Source of the DNA: the human T2T-CHM13v2.0 reference genome, Homo sapiens
Reading direction: 5' to 3' (one strand)
DNA length: 64,000 nucleotides
NCBI RefSeq assembly: GCF_009914755.1
Contig: NC_060929.1
The notes beneath the pieces are model-generated. The model was given only the letters and a program-made list of their open reading frames with translations. It searched no databases and was not told where the DNA came from. Position numbers and translations under genes: made by a program. Below are positions 1 through 19,309 of the stretch, in pieces; position 1 is the stretch's first letter, and each line of letters begins with the position of its first letter.

Positions 1-3881
<3,881 letters not shown>

Positions 3882-3944
3882 TATGATGTTAGCTGGTTAT
3901 TTTGCCCATTAGTTGATGCAGTTTCTTCCTAGCATCGATGGTCT

Positions 3945-4962
3945 TTACAATTTGGCATGTTTTTGCAGTGGCTGGTACTGGCTGTTCCTTTCCATGTTTA
4001 GTGCTTCCTTCAGGAGCTCTTGTAAGGTAGGCCTGGTGGTGACAAAATCTCTCAGCATTTGCTTGTCTGTAAAGGATTTTATTTCTCCTTCACTTATGAA
4101 GCTTAGTTTGGCTGGATATGAAATTCTAGGTTGAAAATTCTTTTCTTTAAGAATGTTGAATATTGGCCCCCCCTCTCTTCTGGCTTGTAGAGTTTCTGCC
4201 AAGAGATCCGCTGTTAGTCTGATGGGCTTCCCTTTGTGGGTAACCCGACCTTTCTCTCTGGCTGCCCTTAGCATTTTTTCCTTCATTTCAACCTTGGTGA
4301 ATCTGACAATTATGCGTCTTGGGTTTGCTCTTCTCAAGGAGTATCTTTGTGGTGTTCTCTGTATTTCCTGAATTTGAATGTTGGCCTGCCTTGCTAGGTT
4401 GGGGAGGTTCTCCTGGATAATACCCTGAAGAGTGTTTTTCAACTTGGTTCCATTCTCCCCATCACTTTCAGTACACCCATCAAATGTAGATTTGGTCTTT
4501 TTTATAGTCTCATATTTCTTAGAGGCTTTGTTCATTTCTTTTTACTCTTTTTTCTCTAAACTTCTGTTCTTGCTTTATTTCATTCATTTGATCTTCAATC
4601 ACTGATACCCTTTCTTCTACTTGATTGAATCAGCTACTGAAGCTTGTGCATGCATCACATAGTTCTTGTGCACAGTTTTCAGCTCCATCAGGTCATTTAA
4701 GGTCTTCTCTATACTGCTTATTCTAGTTAGCCATTCGTCTAATCTTCCTAAGCTTCCTTGTGATGGGTTTGAACATTCTCCTTCAGCTTGGAAAAGTTTG
4801 TTATTACCAACCTTCTGAAGCCTACTTCAGTCAACTCATCAAAGTCATTCTTTGTCCAGCTTTGTCCCGTTGCTGGTGAGGAGCTGTGATCCTTTGGAGG
4901 AGAAGAGGCATTCTGGTTTTCGGAATTTTCAGCTTTTCTAAAAAGCTCTGGTTTCTCCCCAT
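3945..4962 (-). pseudogene. Disrupted L1 ORF1 (RNA-binding protein)
   Basis: ORF track 3945-4535 gives ...IIVRFTKVEMKEKMLRAAREKG...YPAKLSF. ATG at 4962; N-terminal half is frameshifted. Confidence 0.92.
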
Positions 4963-6534
4963 CTTTGTGGTTTTATCTACCTTTGGTCTTTGATGTTGGT
5001 GATCTACAGATGGGCTTTTGATGTGGATGTCCTTTTTGTTGATGTTGATGCTATTCCTTTCTGTTTGTTACTTTTCCTTCTAACAGGTCCCTCAGCTGCA
5101 GGTCTCTTGGAGTTTGCTGGGGGTCCACTCCAGACGCTGTTTGCCTGGATATCACCAGTAGAGGCTGCAGAACAGCAAAAATTGCTGCCTGATCCTTCCT
5201 CTGGAAGCTTTGTCCCAGAGGGCACCTGCCTGAATGAGGTGTCAGTCAGCCCCTTTTGGGAGGTGTCTCCCAGTTAGGCTACACAGAGGTCAGGGACCCA
5301 CTTGAGGAGGCAGTCTGTCTGTTCTCAGAGCTCAAATGCCACGCTGGAACAACCACTGTTCTCTTCAGAGCTGTCAGACAGGGATGTTTAAGTCTGCAGA
5401 AGTTTCTGCTACCTTTTGTTTAGCTATGACCTGCCCCCAGAGAAGGAGTCAACAGGCAGCAGGCCTTACTGAGCTGTGGTGGGCTCCACCCAGTTCGAGC
5501 TTCCCTGGCTGCTTTACTTACTCAAGCCTCAGCAATGGCCGACGCCCCTCTACCGCCAGACTATTGCCTCACAGGTTGATCTCAGACTGCTGAGCTAGCA
5601 GTGAGCAAGGCCCTGTGGGTAAGGGACCCACTGAGCCAGGCATGGGATATAATCTCCTGGTGTACTGTTTGTTAAGACCATTGGAAAAGCGCAATATTTA
5701 GGTGGAAATGTCTGGTTTTTCCAGGTACAGTTTGTCATGGCTTCCCTTGGCTAGGAAAGGGAAATCCTCTGTCCCTTTGCACTTCCTGGATGAGGCGATG
5801 CCCTGGCCTGCTTCAACTCGACCTCCATGGGCTGTACCACTGTTCAACCAGTCCCAATGAGATGAACCAGGTACCTCACTTGGAAATGCAGAAATCACCT
5901 GTCTTCTGCGTCCATCATGCTGGGAGCTGCAGACTGGAGCTGTTCCTATTCAGCCACCCGAGAAGCTTATGGCTTACATGACACAACTTGAGTTATCTTT
6001 CCCAAATGAAAATTAATAAGGGTTGCACCTCAAGATGTTAGTAAAAGGTCATTGCTTTATATTTAATTTTTCTAAATTCAATTATTGTGTCTTGGCAAAA
6101 ACAGACAAAAGGAGGAGTTGGTCAAAGAGGAGGAAACAAATCACTTAAATTGGGTCACAATTCTGGCCTGCCATTTCACTAAATGACCATGAGATGAAAA
6201 GGAAGTTTGTTCTTCTCAGATCAGGCTTAGTTCTTGGTGCCTCTCAACATGAAGTTGTTTCAAAATGTGGCCTTTTGGTGTGATATGTTCCCTACAGGCA
6301 AACCTGCTATACTACTTAATGTTCAATCCGAGAAACCAACAATTTGTTTTAACATTGAAGGAAAAATTGACAGTGCTAGACATATTGAGAGGTGGGCTGT
6401 GGGTCTCCAAAAATGTTGCTTCCTAAGGACTTTCAAGAACCAGTTATGTTTAAATTCATTTTCCTTACTGATTGTCAAATCTAATCACTAAGTAGCAACG
6501 TAAGTCCCTTGTATTGAGATATAATACCATTAAT

Positions 6535-6745
6535 ATTGTATGCCAGGTGCTAGTATGTTCATTTATTCAATACTCATAATAAGTCTATACTTATATTTAT
6601 ATATCCATACTATCCTATGAACTTTTCATTTTAATTATGAAGGAACTGAGGAACACAGAGATTTGACAACTTGTCAGCATCATACATTTGGTAAGAGTAG
6701 AGCTTGGGTTTCAAACCCAGACAGTCTGGCTCTGAAGTCTGAACT
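6535..6745 (-). mobile_element. MIR SINE relic
   Basis: GGAACTGAGG...GGTTTCAAACCCAGACAGTCTGGCTCT matches the reverse MIR core. Confidence 0.7.
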
Positions 6746-7169
6746 TATTTAAGACTAGGATATAATTTTATGAATAAATATTGACTTAGTTTTTTAAACA
6801 TTTTATTTATTTATATGGGTGCCAGGGCATAGGGATTGAGCGGAGGGGGTGCTCAGGGAAGGGGCTAAATATTGACTTTAGCAACCCAAAAATGGTTACT
6901 TACTTCCAAGCAAAAGAAAAATTCCTTCCCATCTTCTACCATTCAGTATGAAGACACTGAATTCACTATGTAGCCAGAAAGGTAATAAAATGTTTGAAGA
7001 TTGAAAAAAAAAAAAAGATATAGAATGGACAGATCCCTGCTGCTGAGAAAAATGAAAAGCTCTTAAAGGCCATAGGCAAAGCTTCATTGACCTCCGCAGG
7101 GGCCCAGAGGTAACCCTACTCCTTTCTGGGAATTAATGGTCTGCTTATTCTTCATTCTCCATGTCCTTC

Positions 7170-7305
7170 CCCACCTAGATTGTGAACATCTCAATGGGTA
7201 GAACTCTGCTGTCTTAATCATACTAGAATCTAAAGTGTTTAGTACAGTGCCTGGTGCATAATAAATGCTTTCAAATGTGTTGAATGAAATACTAAATGAA
7301 TGAAA
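7170..7305 (+). mobile_element. L2 3' end relic
   Basis: CTAGATTGTGAAC...AGTACAGTGCCTGGTGCATAATAAATGC...TGAATGAA is a typical L2 terminus. Confidence 0.6.
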
Positions 7306-8879
7306 AAGATAATAAAATTGTGATTCATATGGTGACTGGATTTTTGTTCTTCTTTATCTCTCTCTAATAGACAAACAGGCAACCATACATTATTCAGTAA
7401 CCTTGAGGCTGATGCTTTTCACTCTTACAAGCCTCAGGTAATTATGCTGTCCTGAAAACACCCATTAAGGACCTTATGCAGAATCCTCAGATGTTTATCT
7501 CCAGGGGCCGTAAGTGACCTAAAGCAATTTTTGGAAGCAGTGATAGTGCCATTAAAACTAGTAGAAAGTGGTCACTCTCTTTTCTGTATGTGGTAAGCTT
7601 ACTGTCTTTATTGTCACCTTCATAATAAGAGAAAATATTTTATTTTATTATTATTTTTTTTTTCTGAAGAGTGTGGATAATGAATTGGTGAGGGAGAGGC
7701 TAAATCCTTTGCTGACTTCTAATGATGAGCAAAAAAGACAATTCAAGTTCAAGGGTGTTTTCTCTGAGACAGAGTTTTTCACCTCAGGGCAATCTTTGCT
7801 TCTTTGTGAAACCAAACCTGCTAATTGGTATCCTCCTCTGACAATGCCCGCATTGGGTCCCTGGAGCCCAATAAGTATCTAGGGCCCCCAGCTATCTAGC
7901 AATCATGGGAACAAGAGGGGAATAAATTATCATTAAAGACTCATTGTTCTCCACAGCTGGGAGTTTGGGCTTTTAAAAACATCAAAATGTGCTAGGTCAT
8001 TTAATAATTTACTTCCTGAAGTACATTCTAATTCTAATTGAAATGTATGTTTTACTTAGCACTAGGTGGGAAACATAGAACCACACTCTTGAAGGTATCT
8101 CTTTGAGAGCCACTTGCTTTATTGAAAAGCTTTGCCTTCAGCTTTGTAACTTTGTATTACAGTTCATATAGTCTTTATAAAGATAACTATTCCTGTAAAT
8201 CTGGCATAGGCTTAGTTTTTTTTCTCTAGGCTTTGCTCACAGAATTCAGACGCCTGACTCTGGAACAGAAAGTGAACATGCGTGCTTTGCAGATGATTCT
8301 GACTTAAACATATGGCTATTATGTTGTACATTTTAAAAAGTATATTTAATGCAGTGAATTCAACTGCTTTCCATATGGTTTGATTTTGTTTTTCCCCCCC
8401 TTCCAACTCCATGCAGGTTAGTTCTTCCCCTACTACTTCACAGCCTTGTGGGGGTGTGTTCATCAGTGTCAGAGCATGACAACATGTCAGCTTGCACATT
8501 GTATATAGCTGGCACTCTTTTAGCTGGAAGCAACACAAGCTAGCTTAAACAATTGAGACAATTATTATCTCACTAAATAGAAAGTTCAGAGTCAGGGCAA
8601 ACTCCAAGTTTAATCAGCAGCCCAGTATTGTCACCAAACCCCTAGGATTTTTCTCTCCATCCTGCTCATTTCAATGTCAGTTTCATCCAAAGTCTGGTTC
8701 TCCTCATAAATCCCAAGAAAGCTCATGGGTTGATCAGACCTTTATTCTTTCTTGTTCTTGCCAGCAGGAGAGAGAAAGATGATCTTTGCCAACAGGAAAG
8801 ATCTTTGCTGTCAGCCTAGTTGGGCCATCATAGGCCTCACACCAATCATAGTTGTCAGGGGAATGTAAAATGGGTTTGA

Positions 8880-9187
8880 CCGTCGATGTCCAATATAGTG
8901 GCCATTAGCCATACTGAGCCCTTGAAATATGGCTAGTCCAAAATGACATGCACTGTAAGTGAAAAAGATACACTGGATTTTAAAGACGTAATATGAAAAA
9001 AATGTAATATAGCTCATTAATAATTTCTATACTGATTATATTGACAATGTATTTCAGATATATTAGATTAAATAAAATACATTATTAAAATTAATTTACC
9101 TGTTTCTTTTTACTTTTTTAAAAATGTGACCGCTAGAAAACTTTAAATTACTTATATGGCTTCCTATATTTCTATTGGATGGTGCTA
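8880..9187. mobile_element. MER33-like hAT-Charlie non-autonomous DNA transposon
   Basis: Degenerate terminal inverted repeats (..TGTCCAATA / TATTGGATGGTGCT), ~310 bp, AT-rich interior with GAAATATGGCTAGT and TAAATAAAATACATTATTAAAATTAATTT. Confidence 0.75.
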
Positions 9188-10395
9188 GCTAACTAATCAA
9201 GATTCCCTCTGAAGTGGGGGTGAGGTACACACTCGAATGAAATTTAAGGTTTTCTTAGAAAAAGGAAAGCAAGAATCAATGTGAAGTAAGCAGCCACATG
9301 GTCTACTTCGTCTGGAGGACCATTTTTTAAATTGCTTTCTGTTGTTTTTATTCTAATTTCTAATTGGTGACTGGAGGATATAAGAAAATCAGTAGTAACA
9401 TGTGGGTTTCGTTGGGGACCAGGCCAGTTTTTTCTAAGCATTCCAAACTATGTACTATGTGGGAGTTTTGAGACAGCAGAGATGTCATATACTATTCTTG
9501 ATTGCCAAGTAAGTTAACTGGGAACAACGCTGGATTGAGCTCACAGGCCTGAATCCTTTTCCATTGCTTAGTCTTAAACAATTTTATTTTGTTTCATGTT
9601 CAGCACTTATTCTGTTATTCAAGCAATATGTAACAGTGGCACCAAATGTATAAAAATGATTAATACACTGTGGGGCACAGGAGACCTTTCCTGGTGTCAG
9701 TTGCTTGTTGCTTTCTACTCTACACCATTTCTCTTTTTTTTCCTTCTTGTTTCTTGCCTTACACTCATAGGCAGAAGGACTCCTTTTCACACTTACCTTA
9801 TTGTAGGTAACCTCTGTCTGTTTCACAGCTAATTGTGCAACGAAGAACAAGGATTTGGTAGAGTTGGTAGAATAATCGGGAAGCCTGTAGACATTAGTGA
9901 AGAAAAATCAGCGTGAATTCTTAACAAATTATAAGTTACTGTCAAGATGGCCAATTGTAAAGCCAAGACTCTTCCTTGAGAAAAGTCTCTTATCATCAAA
10001 GGTGTGTATGCAGGGCAGGACGATATTCTACTTTAGGTTCAACTCACCCCAGGGCTGGTATTCTCCTTGCACACAGCAGCACAGCCTAAACCAGGAGCTG
10101 CACTATTGAAATACTTCTACAGCAGTTACTAAATAGCCACTGCCCAAAACCTCCACATTCCTTTCTTACCACCCTGGCTTTTCTGGCCTCTCCCCCTGAA
10201 ATCTGGCAGGGAAGATGCAGACAGGACCTCCAGGGTCCTCTTGGCGCTGAAGGGACCTCCAGGACTCTGCCGTACTTTTAAACAATGCTTCAACTGCCCA
10301 ACATTTAAACCTGCCTTAAACTAGTGATCAGTTTCCATCTTAGCAAAGAGACAAAGGAAAACAAAATATCTGGAATGAAAACTAAGAAGGCGAAG

Positions 10396-10762
<367 letters not shown>

Positions 10763-10829
10763 CTAATAAAAAACAAAATCATTGTAATTTTTTATTCATA
10801 CACTCCATTTAAAGACTTCTCTTGAAGAG

Positions 10830-11065
10830 TCATAGTGGAGCGGAAAGAAAACTGTAGCACTTTGTGATACGATAACTAGATTCCAGTTTTATCCTGACAC
10901 TGGCCACCTGTGTGAACTTGGTAAGTTTCTTCATTTCTGCAAGCCTCACTTCCTCATGAGTAAAAAGCAATAATGCCAGTTCCCACTTCACAGAGTTATG
11001 AAGGTAAAAATCAAATAAAATATGAAAGCAACCAGCCCTGTTCTTGGCACATCACCAATGCTTGA
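10830..11065 (+). mobile_element. MIR SINE relic
   Basis: CTGTGTGAACTTGGTAAGTTTCTTCATTTCTGCAAGCCTCACTTCCTCAT resembles the MIR core. Confidence 0.65.
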
Positions 11066-11442
11066 TAAGCTCTGGTCGAATTAGAATTTGAGAAGCTGGA
11101 GAACAACTGCATGAAAAGATTTTTTGTAACTTTGTATTGAAGTAAGACATACAGGCAGAAAAATTTAAATTATTGTATTTAGTGTAATAAATTCCTGTAG
11201 AGAGAACACATGTAACCAGCACCCCCATCAGGAAATTAAACGTTATCCATACCCCAGGAGTCCCCTCCTGCCTCCTTCCAATCACCCATCTCTAAGGAAC
11301 TTTTCATACCAGACTGATTGTTTTAATGTGGGAACAGAATATTGCACATGCCCTGATGGGCTTGAGTGCTTAAAAACAAACAAAAAAGGTTCAGGTGAGT
11401 TGTTCTCCAGACTGAATGGAGAACCTGCGATAGATTATGTAG

Positions 11443-11964
<522 letters not shown>

Positions 11965-12169
11965 TAGTGAACTGAAGCCTAGGGTTGGGGTAGACCAGTG
12001 AAGGCATGAATGCCAGGCAAAGGATGTCTGCAGGCAGTATGGAGCCACTGGATGCTTTTGAGTGTGGGGTGACAAGGCAAAAATATTTTTATTGTGGAGG
12101 ACGGATCTGGGAAAAGAGAGACTAGCCACAGAAAGTCAATGAGGAGGCTCTGCAAAACAGTCTAAGCCA

Positions 12170-12675
12170 ATGAAGCCTCAGAATCACCTAGAGAGGTTTA
12201 AGCCACAGATTGCTGGGACCCTTCCCCAGGGTTGCTGCTTTAGAGGGTCTAGTTAATCTGAGAATTTACATTTTAAGTTTCCAGGTAATACACTTTGAGA
12301 ATCACAGTTCTGAGCCAAAAGTTCTCAACACTCACAATACATTAGACTCACCTAGAGAGTGTTTTACAAACACCCATGCCCACGTCTCACCTCCAAAAAA
12401 AGACTAGGATTTAATTATTCTGGGGTAAAGCCTGGGCATTAACATTTTCTAAGAGTGATTCTATCGCGTTGCCAATTTTGAGAACTACTTATCTAGACAG
12501 GGATTCTGGAATGTGGCTCCTTATCAGAATTACCCAGAGAGCATGATAAATAGATACCTGGGCACCACCCCAGATAAAGGACATCTAGGGTGGAGTCCTG
12601 GCATTCCTATGCTTGATCTTCACAGACTGGTCACTCTGATGCAGATGGTTCTCACACTGGCTTTTGGGAACTGCT
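12170..12675. mobile_element. Cluster of about three adjacent MER5-like DNA transposon relics
   Basis: Repeated MER5 motifs: AGAATCACCTAGAG..., CTGAGAATTTACATTTT..., CACTTTGAGAATCAC, GTTCTCAAC...TTTGAGAACTACT, ...TTTGGGAACTGCTG. Confidence 0.65.
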
Positions 12676-14664
12676 GGTCTGGAAAGGCAGATGAGGACGC
12701 AAACCCTAAAAACAAAGTATGAGGAATGGCAATAAATGAGAGCTCCTAGGATTTTCTGACTTCTTAGATGGGCAGATCTTGGAATGGAATTGAAGCCCAG
12801 AAGGTGGGAAATCTACATACGGGTCACAAGAAAGCCTTGTGTGGCTGTCAAGGTCTCACAAAGAGCCACCACTTGAATCAGTTATCTTCCTGCCAACAGC
12901 CTGACACATCCAGATGCCTCATCTTATCAAACCCTGACAATTAGTGGGTGCTAATTCATGCTGACTAAGCCCTAGGAGGTTCAAGTCTCTAACACAGCAT
13001 AGCAACTGTTAATTTTCACTGAGAATCAATAACAACCAAGGTAGCCAAACACTTGTATTCTTCCCACGGGTAGATCACACAGAAAGCCAAATTGTCATCA
13101 GAAAGTTACTGGTAGAGATGGAATCAGAGCGGAGAGGAGTTAATTGCATGATTCAAATGTTTAGGGGCATCAGGCTGTGATAGCTGGGTGCCTCCTCTAC
13201 AAGTGAATATTGGGAGGAGTCTGAAAAGACACAGCCTCTAATGGACAGTTCCTAATGGCCACAGCCAGTATTTGCCCCAGTGACTCGGCTGGATTTGTGC
13301 TCCACCATCCACAGGCTAATTAATTCATTAAGTCTTTAGATATATGAATATTCTCAATCAAATGAGTCTCATCTTGCTCACCCGTGAGTCCCTATGTTTC
13401 TTAGGGCGATTTTGCATATCTCTCATCTGAACAATGATGTAGTTTATAGTTTAGTTCTCAGAGGACAATTCCATTTTCCTTAATACTACACTTCTGGAGT
13501 GGTAGTATTAGGGAAAAATACTGTCGCCACATACAGTTCAATTTCACTCTTTTAGCAACAATTAGTCTTATTTTATGTGGCAGAATTAGAGGCTAATATT
13601 TTAATTATTTTTATGTTTTTTCAAAGCATAATATACTGTCATGAATAAAAGAGACCTAGTTAACCCTGAGCATATGAGGCCTTTATGCTCAGATCATGAG
13701 GCCACAATACCTGGGTCACTTCTCACCTACTAAGAACTTCCTCGAAAAGCAGGCAGGCAACTGTAGTTAGAAAACAAAGAATTAAGTTCTGCAAGTGTGC
13801 CTGGCAACCTAAACCTGCAAAATGATGGCAAACGTCCCAACCATATTTTAGCTTTACAGTTATGTTGATGATGAAACAGGCTCTTTGTGAGAGCCAAAAG
13901 TAGAACAAAGCATTTTTATCATGCTTGATAAAGATAACGAGAGAAATAAATCCAAACCATAGCATTTAGTTGGCTTCTTGAGGAGAGAGAAGGAGTGGGA
14001 GTGATGAGATGTGGACTCCCCAAGTGCCCATTTGTTGCTTAGTGACATGAGGAGCAGCTCTTTACCAGGAGGGGGAAGAAGACGCAGGTGGGGAATCCTT
14101 GAATCTGCTTTCTATAGAAGCAGACAGGATGTGTCTTCTCCGACCCCTTGATACTCTTCTATTTATGTCAGGCCTTCTGGGTGACTGTGCTCAGATTCTT
14201 ATTTAAATCCAATTAAATCTGGGACTTGAGTAAACACAGATGTATATCATGCAGAAGATAGTAGTAAAGGATTCTGCATATAGGCCAGAGCAGCTGTATC
14301 TTTTCTGCTATTTAAGGTTTGGGTTTTTTCTTAGTATCTTGGAAAGAAAAAGTGGCAGTAAATATTGGCGGTTTTAATTTTATACAAAACCAGAGTGTCT
14401 CCTTTTTCTGGCCTTTTCTCTTGGCCTAGGCCAGATTGACTTTATTATAACAATCTGATCGGGCCCCTCTCCTTCCTGTGGCGACCCACTATCCACAGAA
14501 AAAAGTTCATTCCCAGGGGGACCTCAGACTCCCTTCATGACGGGTTCCCCCTTGGCTACATAGCCTAACATCCTGCCACGTCTCTCCATCCAATGCAGAC
14601 TTTTGGGGTGTCCCCACTTCAGAGCTCTTTCACCTCTGCACACTTTATCTTGCCTGAAAGTGAG

Positions 14665-14885
14665 AATTACAGAGTCTGGAGCAAAACTGCCACCCATTAT
14701 GGCTCTGCGCCTTCATTAATGGTGTGACCTTAGGCAAAGTACTTAATCTCTCAGTGCCTCAGTTTTCTCTTGTCCAGTAAAAGAATGGTAGTGGCTAACT
14801 AGGCTCACAAGGTTGTTGGCCTTAAATGCATTAATGTGTAAAATATGCAGAGCAGTGCCTGGCACATAGGAAATAGTTAATATTT
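14665..14885 (+). mobile_element. MIR SINE
   Basis: GGTGTGACCTTAGGCAAAGTACTTAATCTCTCAGTGCCTCAGTTT...CAGTGCCTGGCACATAG. Confidence 0.8.
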
Positions 14886-15296
14886 TTAACTTCTACATAT
14901 CCCACAAGACTAAGCCTAAACATCATTTTCTGTGGGAAGTCTTACCTGAAAAAGCCTCCCCTCCCCTGTCTAGGAGAGTTGATTTGTTTAATTTTTCCAT
15001 TTTGTCTGCATCTCCTATTACTGCATTTATGTCCCTCAACTACCAATCCACATCCTCTTATCCCCACATCCATTATCATCATGTATGTATGTGTGTACCT
15101 GATCCTCAAGTAGCATGTGGGCTCTGTAAGGGATGGTCCTCTATCTTAATTGGCCTATACTTTCCAGTGGGTAGTATAATAACCCCTACATTGTAGCTGT
15201 TTAGTGAGTGTCCAACAAAAGCATATGCAAGCATGTTCCTGAGGAATAGGATTACACGTGCACTGTCTCAGTACTGAACTGTTTCTAGAAAGAAGG

Positions 15297-15482
15297 TGCT
15301 GTGGTTTGGATGTGTCCCCTCCAAATCTCATGTTGGACTGTGATTCCCAGTGTTGGAAGTGGGGCCTGGTGAGAGGTGTCTGGATCATGGGGATGAATCC
15401 ATCATGAATGGTTTACCACTATCCCCTTGGTGACAAACGAGTTCTTGCTCAGTTAGTTCACGTGAGATCTGGTTGTTTAAAA
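15297..15482 (+). mobile_element. Partial MST-type MaLR LTR (5' portion)
   Basis: TGCTGTGGTTTGGATGTGTCCCCTCCAAATCTCATGTTG...GGGGCCTGGTGAGAGGTG...GAGATCTGGTTGTTTAAAA; truncated at about 190 bp. Confidence 0.85.
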
Positions 15483-15529
15483 ATCGGAGACCCCCTCCAC
15501 AACCCTCCCTTTAAAGTCATCCTGTGCAC

Positions 15530-15655
15530 TTTACCTTTATTAATTCATTTAACCCTAACAACAACTCTATAAGGTAAGTGCTTTATTACCCTTATTTTAC
15601 AGACGAGGAAGCTGAGGCAAAGTGACAAAGTAGGGTTTGAACTCAGTCTTGCTCC
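15530..15655 (-). mobile_element. MIR fragment
   Basis: TTATTACCCTTATTTTACAGACGAGGAAGCTGAGGC. Confidence 0.7.
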
Positions 15656-15960
15656 AGAAATTATGCAGAGTCAGTTAAGACTAAGTTCTTCCATGCTGGG
15701 TCCCCCCAGAAGTCATCTGACTTCCCATCTTAAATGGTTTTTAATGGTTGTTTTATTTTCTTTTTATTGTCATCTTTGGCAGAGAAATTGACTCTGGCTT
15801 ATTCAGTCTTCTTAACAGAAGACCTACTGATTTTGAGATGTTAGACCGATTAGAGAGGAAAATAACAGCAACACAAAAAGGGGAATAAGAAAATAAACCT
15901 CTGAAGAATTTGATGTTTGAGTCTAGTGTTGTATGTAAAAGCACTTTGCAAGTTGCAAGG

Positions 15961-16165
15961 CAGTGGTTTTCAAACGATGATGTATTCAAACTATGATGTA
16001 TTCCAGAACAACCAGGAGAGCTTGTTAAAAATGCCGACTTCCCAGTATCACCCTCAGAGATTCTGATTGCACGAATCTGGGGCCTTGCCCAGGAATCTGC
16101 CTTTTTAACAAGCTCCCAGGTGACCTTGATGCAGGTGGTCCAAGGTGCTCACCTTGGAAACACTG
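15961..16165. mobile_element. MER5A DNA transposon
   Basis: Termini CAGTGGTTTTCAAAC / CCTTGGAAACACTG; interior GAGCTTGTTAAAAATG...GGAATCTGCCTTTTTAACAAGCTCCCAGGTGA. Confidence 0.85.
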
Positions 16166-16989
16166 CTGTACATATGGGGCTTAGAAACGAGAGCTAGCAA
16201 ATCCCAGAAGAATACTTGAGTTTTTGCCTGTACGATAATTCAAACCACCTGAGTGGTAGCTTATTAGTGCTTTTCTGGTTCCCCGGTAACTCACTAGCTT
16301 TCGGCCAAGGAACTTGATTGAGAGGGTATTGATGGGGAGGAAGGGGAGGAAAAGAAAGGAATAGGGCCAATTAAAACCACCTTCCCACTGAGGTGATTGT
16401 TTCTCTGTGGACAATGAAGGAGCTGTGGAGCACCTTCTTCCTTCAGTGTCTCCCTAATTGGCTGTTGTGACTATCATTCTGCCCTGAGGGAGGTTAATAG
16501 AAACAAGAGAGAGAAGAAAAGGATGCCAAGTAACTTAGAGCAGGAACAAAAAAGGAGCTGGAACTCATTTCCACCAGGACAGAGAGAAGCCCTGATTGGT
16601 CTCTTTCCCTAAGGTCCTCTTTCACACATCTCTACGACCTTTCCCCTCCTTTTTTCTTTTCTCCCTCAGAGGGACCAATAAACATGGGTTGTCTGGACAA
16701 GCAGTGCTTTATTAATGATCCAGGGAAAATTCCGATGACCCAGAATTCTGCCATAAAGTGATATCGTGTTATTGCAAAGTGATAGTGTTCTTAACCTCCT
16801 TGCTGAACCACATTTTTTTTTTTTGAGATGAACAACAGCCAGAGGCTCTTTTATTCTGAGCATCTTTCCAAGAGAACAGTTGAGTTATTTGGATTTTCAT
16901 ACTGGACCGTTACATGGCATGTATTAACAGTGTGTGCTATAAACAACTTACCTTTCGCTGCACTAAGTAATTTAAAGTAATTTTAACAA

Positions 16990-17250
16990 CATAGTTTGGC
17001 ATCGTGATTAAGATTTCCTGGCTTCAATCCTAGCTCTGCAAATCACTAACTGTGTGTCCTCGAAGGTGACTTTACATCTCTAAGCTGCAGGTTCCAATCT
17101 GTAAAATTGAGATAATAATAGGACCTCCCTCCCAACATACACACACACAAACACACACATACAACAGCGAATTGTTATGACCACCAAATGAGACAATACA
17201 TGTAAAATACAGTGCCTCACCCACAGTAAGCCCACAATAATGGTGGCCTC
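16990..17250 (+). mobile_element. MIR SINE with internal (CA)n tract
   Basis: GGCTTCAATCCTAGCTCTGC...TCTGTAAAATTGAGATAATAATAG; CA repeat at ~17135-17165. Confidence 0.7.
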
Positions 17251-18714
17251 CATTGTTTTTTATTTTTCTGAATTATTATTTGATATTTCTAACATAATAA
17301 TTGCTGAATTGCTGGACAAAAAAAAAACCTAGAAAAAAAGGAACTTTTTAAAAAGTGTCTCCTCTCTATTAGCATTGAACTTCAAATGCTCATAGCACAC
17401 TGTAAGCAGAGCAACAGATGGATTCCATCCAACGGGAAGGACACACAACTTAGGAAGCAAACAGACATAGGAGAGCAAGATAAATCACTTAGTTGCTTAC
17501 CACACACATTGTGAGATACCAAATGTGGATTAGAAGTTTCTTACCAATAGTTGGGCCTCCGTTTCTTGAATGGTTTTATATTTCCGGACTGCAAACAAAT
17601 GATTATATGTGTGAAAAAAATATGGAATAGGCAGGAGGACAAATTCAAGTGAACCAGAATACCAGGGGCTCTGGTGTTCTCTTGGAGCTCTCTGCACCGG
17701 GTAAATCCTTTGAGTGTAGGCTTGCTGACAGCCGTCTCATTCACACGCAGGTTCCTCCCGGGTATAGCTCTGAGAGCAACAGCCCCCAGTCAGTGCAGGG
17801 TTACTAAGCAACTATACTCCCACTGAGGTATGCAATAAGAGAAAGTCTTGATTTTAAAAACAAAAGAAAACCAAAACACCATAGTAAGCAGAGCTAATAA
17901 TACAACCTGCTCTTCTCCTTTGAGTATGTTAACCCTCAAGCTAGTTTACCTTTACCAGCATATCACAACCTCATGGAAATCAAATTAGAAAGCATGCTGC
18001 AGTTGTATAAAGTAACTTCAAGCAATGTTTTAAATTACTGCTAATACATTTCATGTTAAAATGGCACCTTATATAGTGAACCCTTTTGTGTGTATCATCT
18101 CTCAACAGGGCACCTTAATGGAGGGCGATTGTCATTTGAATAATGGTTTTAGCAACTAAGTCAATGTTTAGTTTTGGACTTAATTTTTTATTGTTTTTGT
18201 ATTATCTAAGTTATACATTCTTATGACATAAATTATTATTTTTGAAGTAGCTAATACAAAGATAATGACAAGGAATCGTTGACTGGATCTTTAGAGTTTA
18301 AGGATTCCAAATAGTTCTGTACATGTTTACATGTTCCCTACATATCCCCTTAGGAGGACACAGAGAAACACTTCCTTGTTCTGATTCTTACTTTGATTAA
18401 CATTTGTTAAGCACTCAATTTGTGCAGAGAACTATGTGAGACACTGGAGTTGAAGAGGGAGAAGGAAGAAGATGTACAAGGAGACAATACAAGGTCCAAC
18501 CATGCAAAGAAGTGTTGTATAGTTTTAATGAAGGAGATAAAATTGTACACAGATACTACAAGAGGCAATGAAAGGAGGAATTAAGATATTCTGAATGATG
18601 TAATAATTATAGAAATCACTAGCTTCAAATTGCCAAATCAGAACATTACAGTTCTAATCTACTGGGATAGGGCAGGAGAGCAGTACAGAGGGAATGTTAA
18701 AGAATTAGAGCTCT

Positions 18715-19309
<595 letters not shown>

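Noticed and set aside
5535-5579. ORF0 in the older L1
   Set aside because: The ATG is present but the frame stops after 14 codons.
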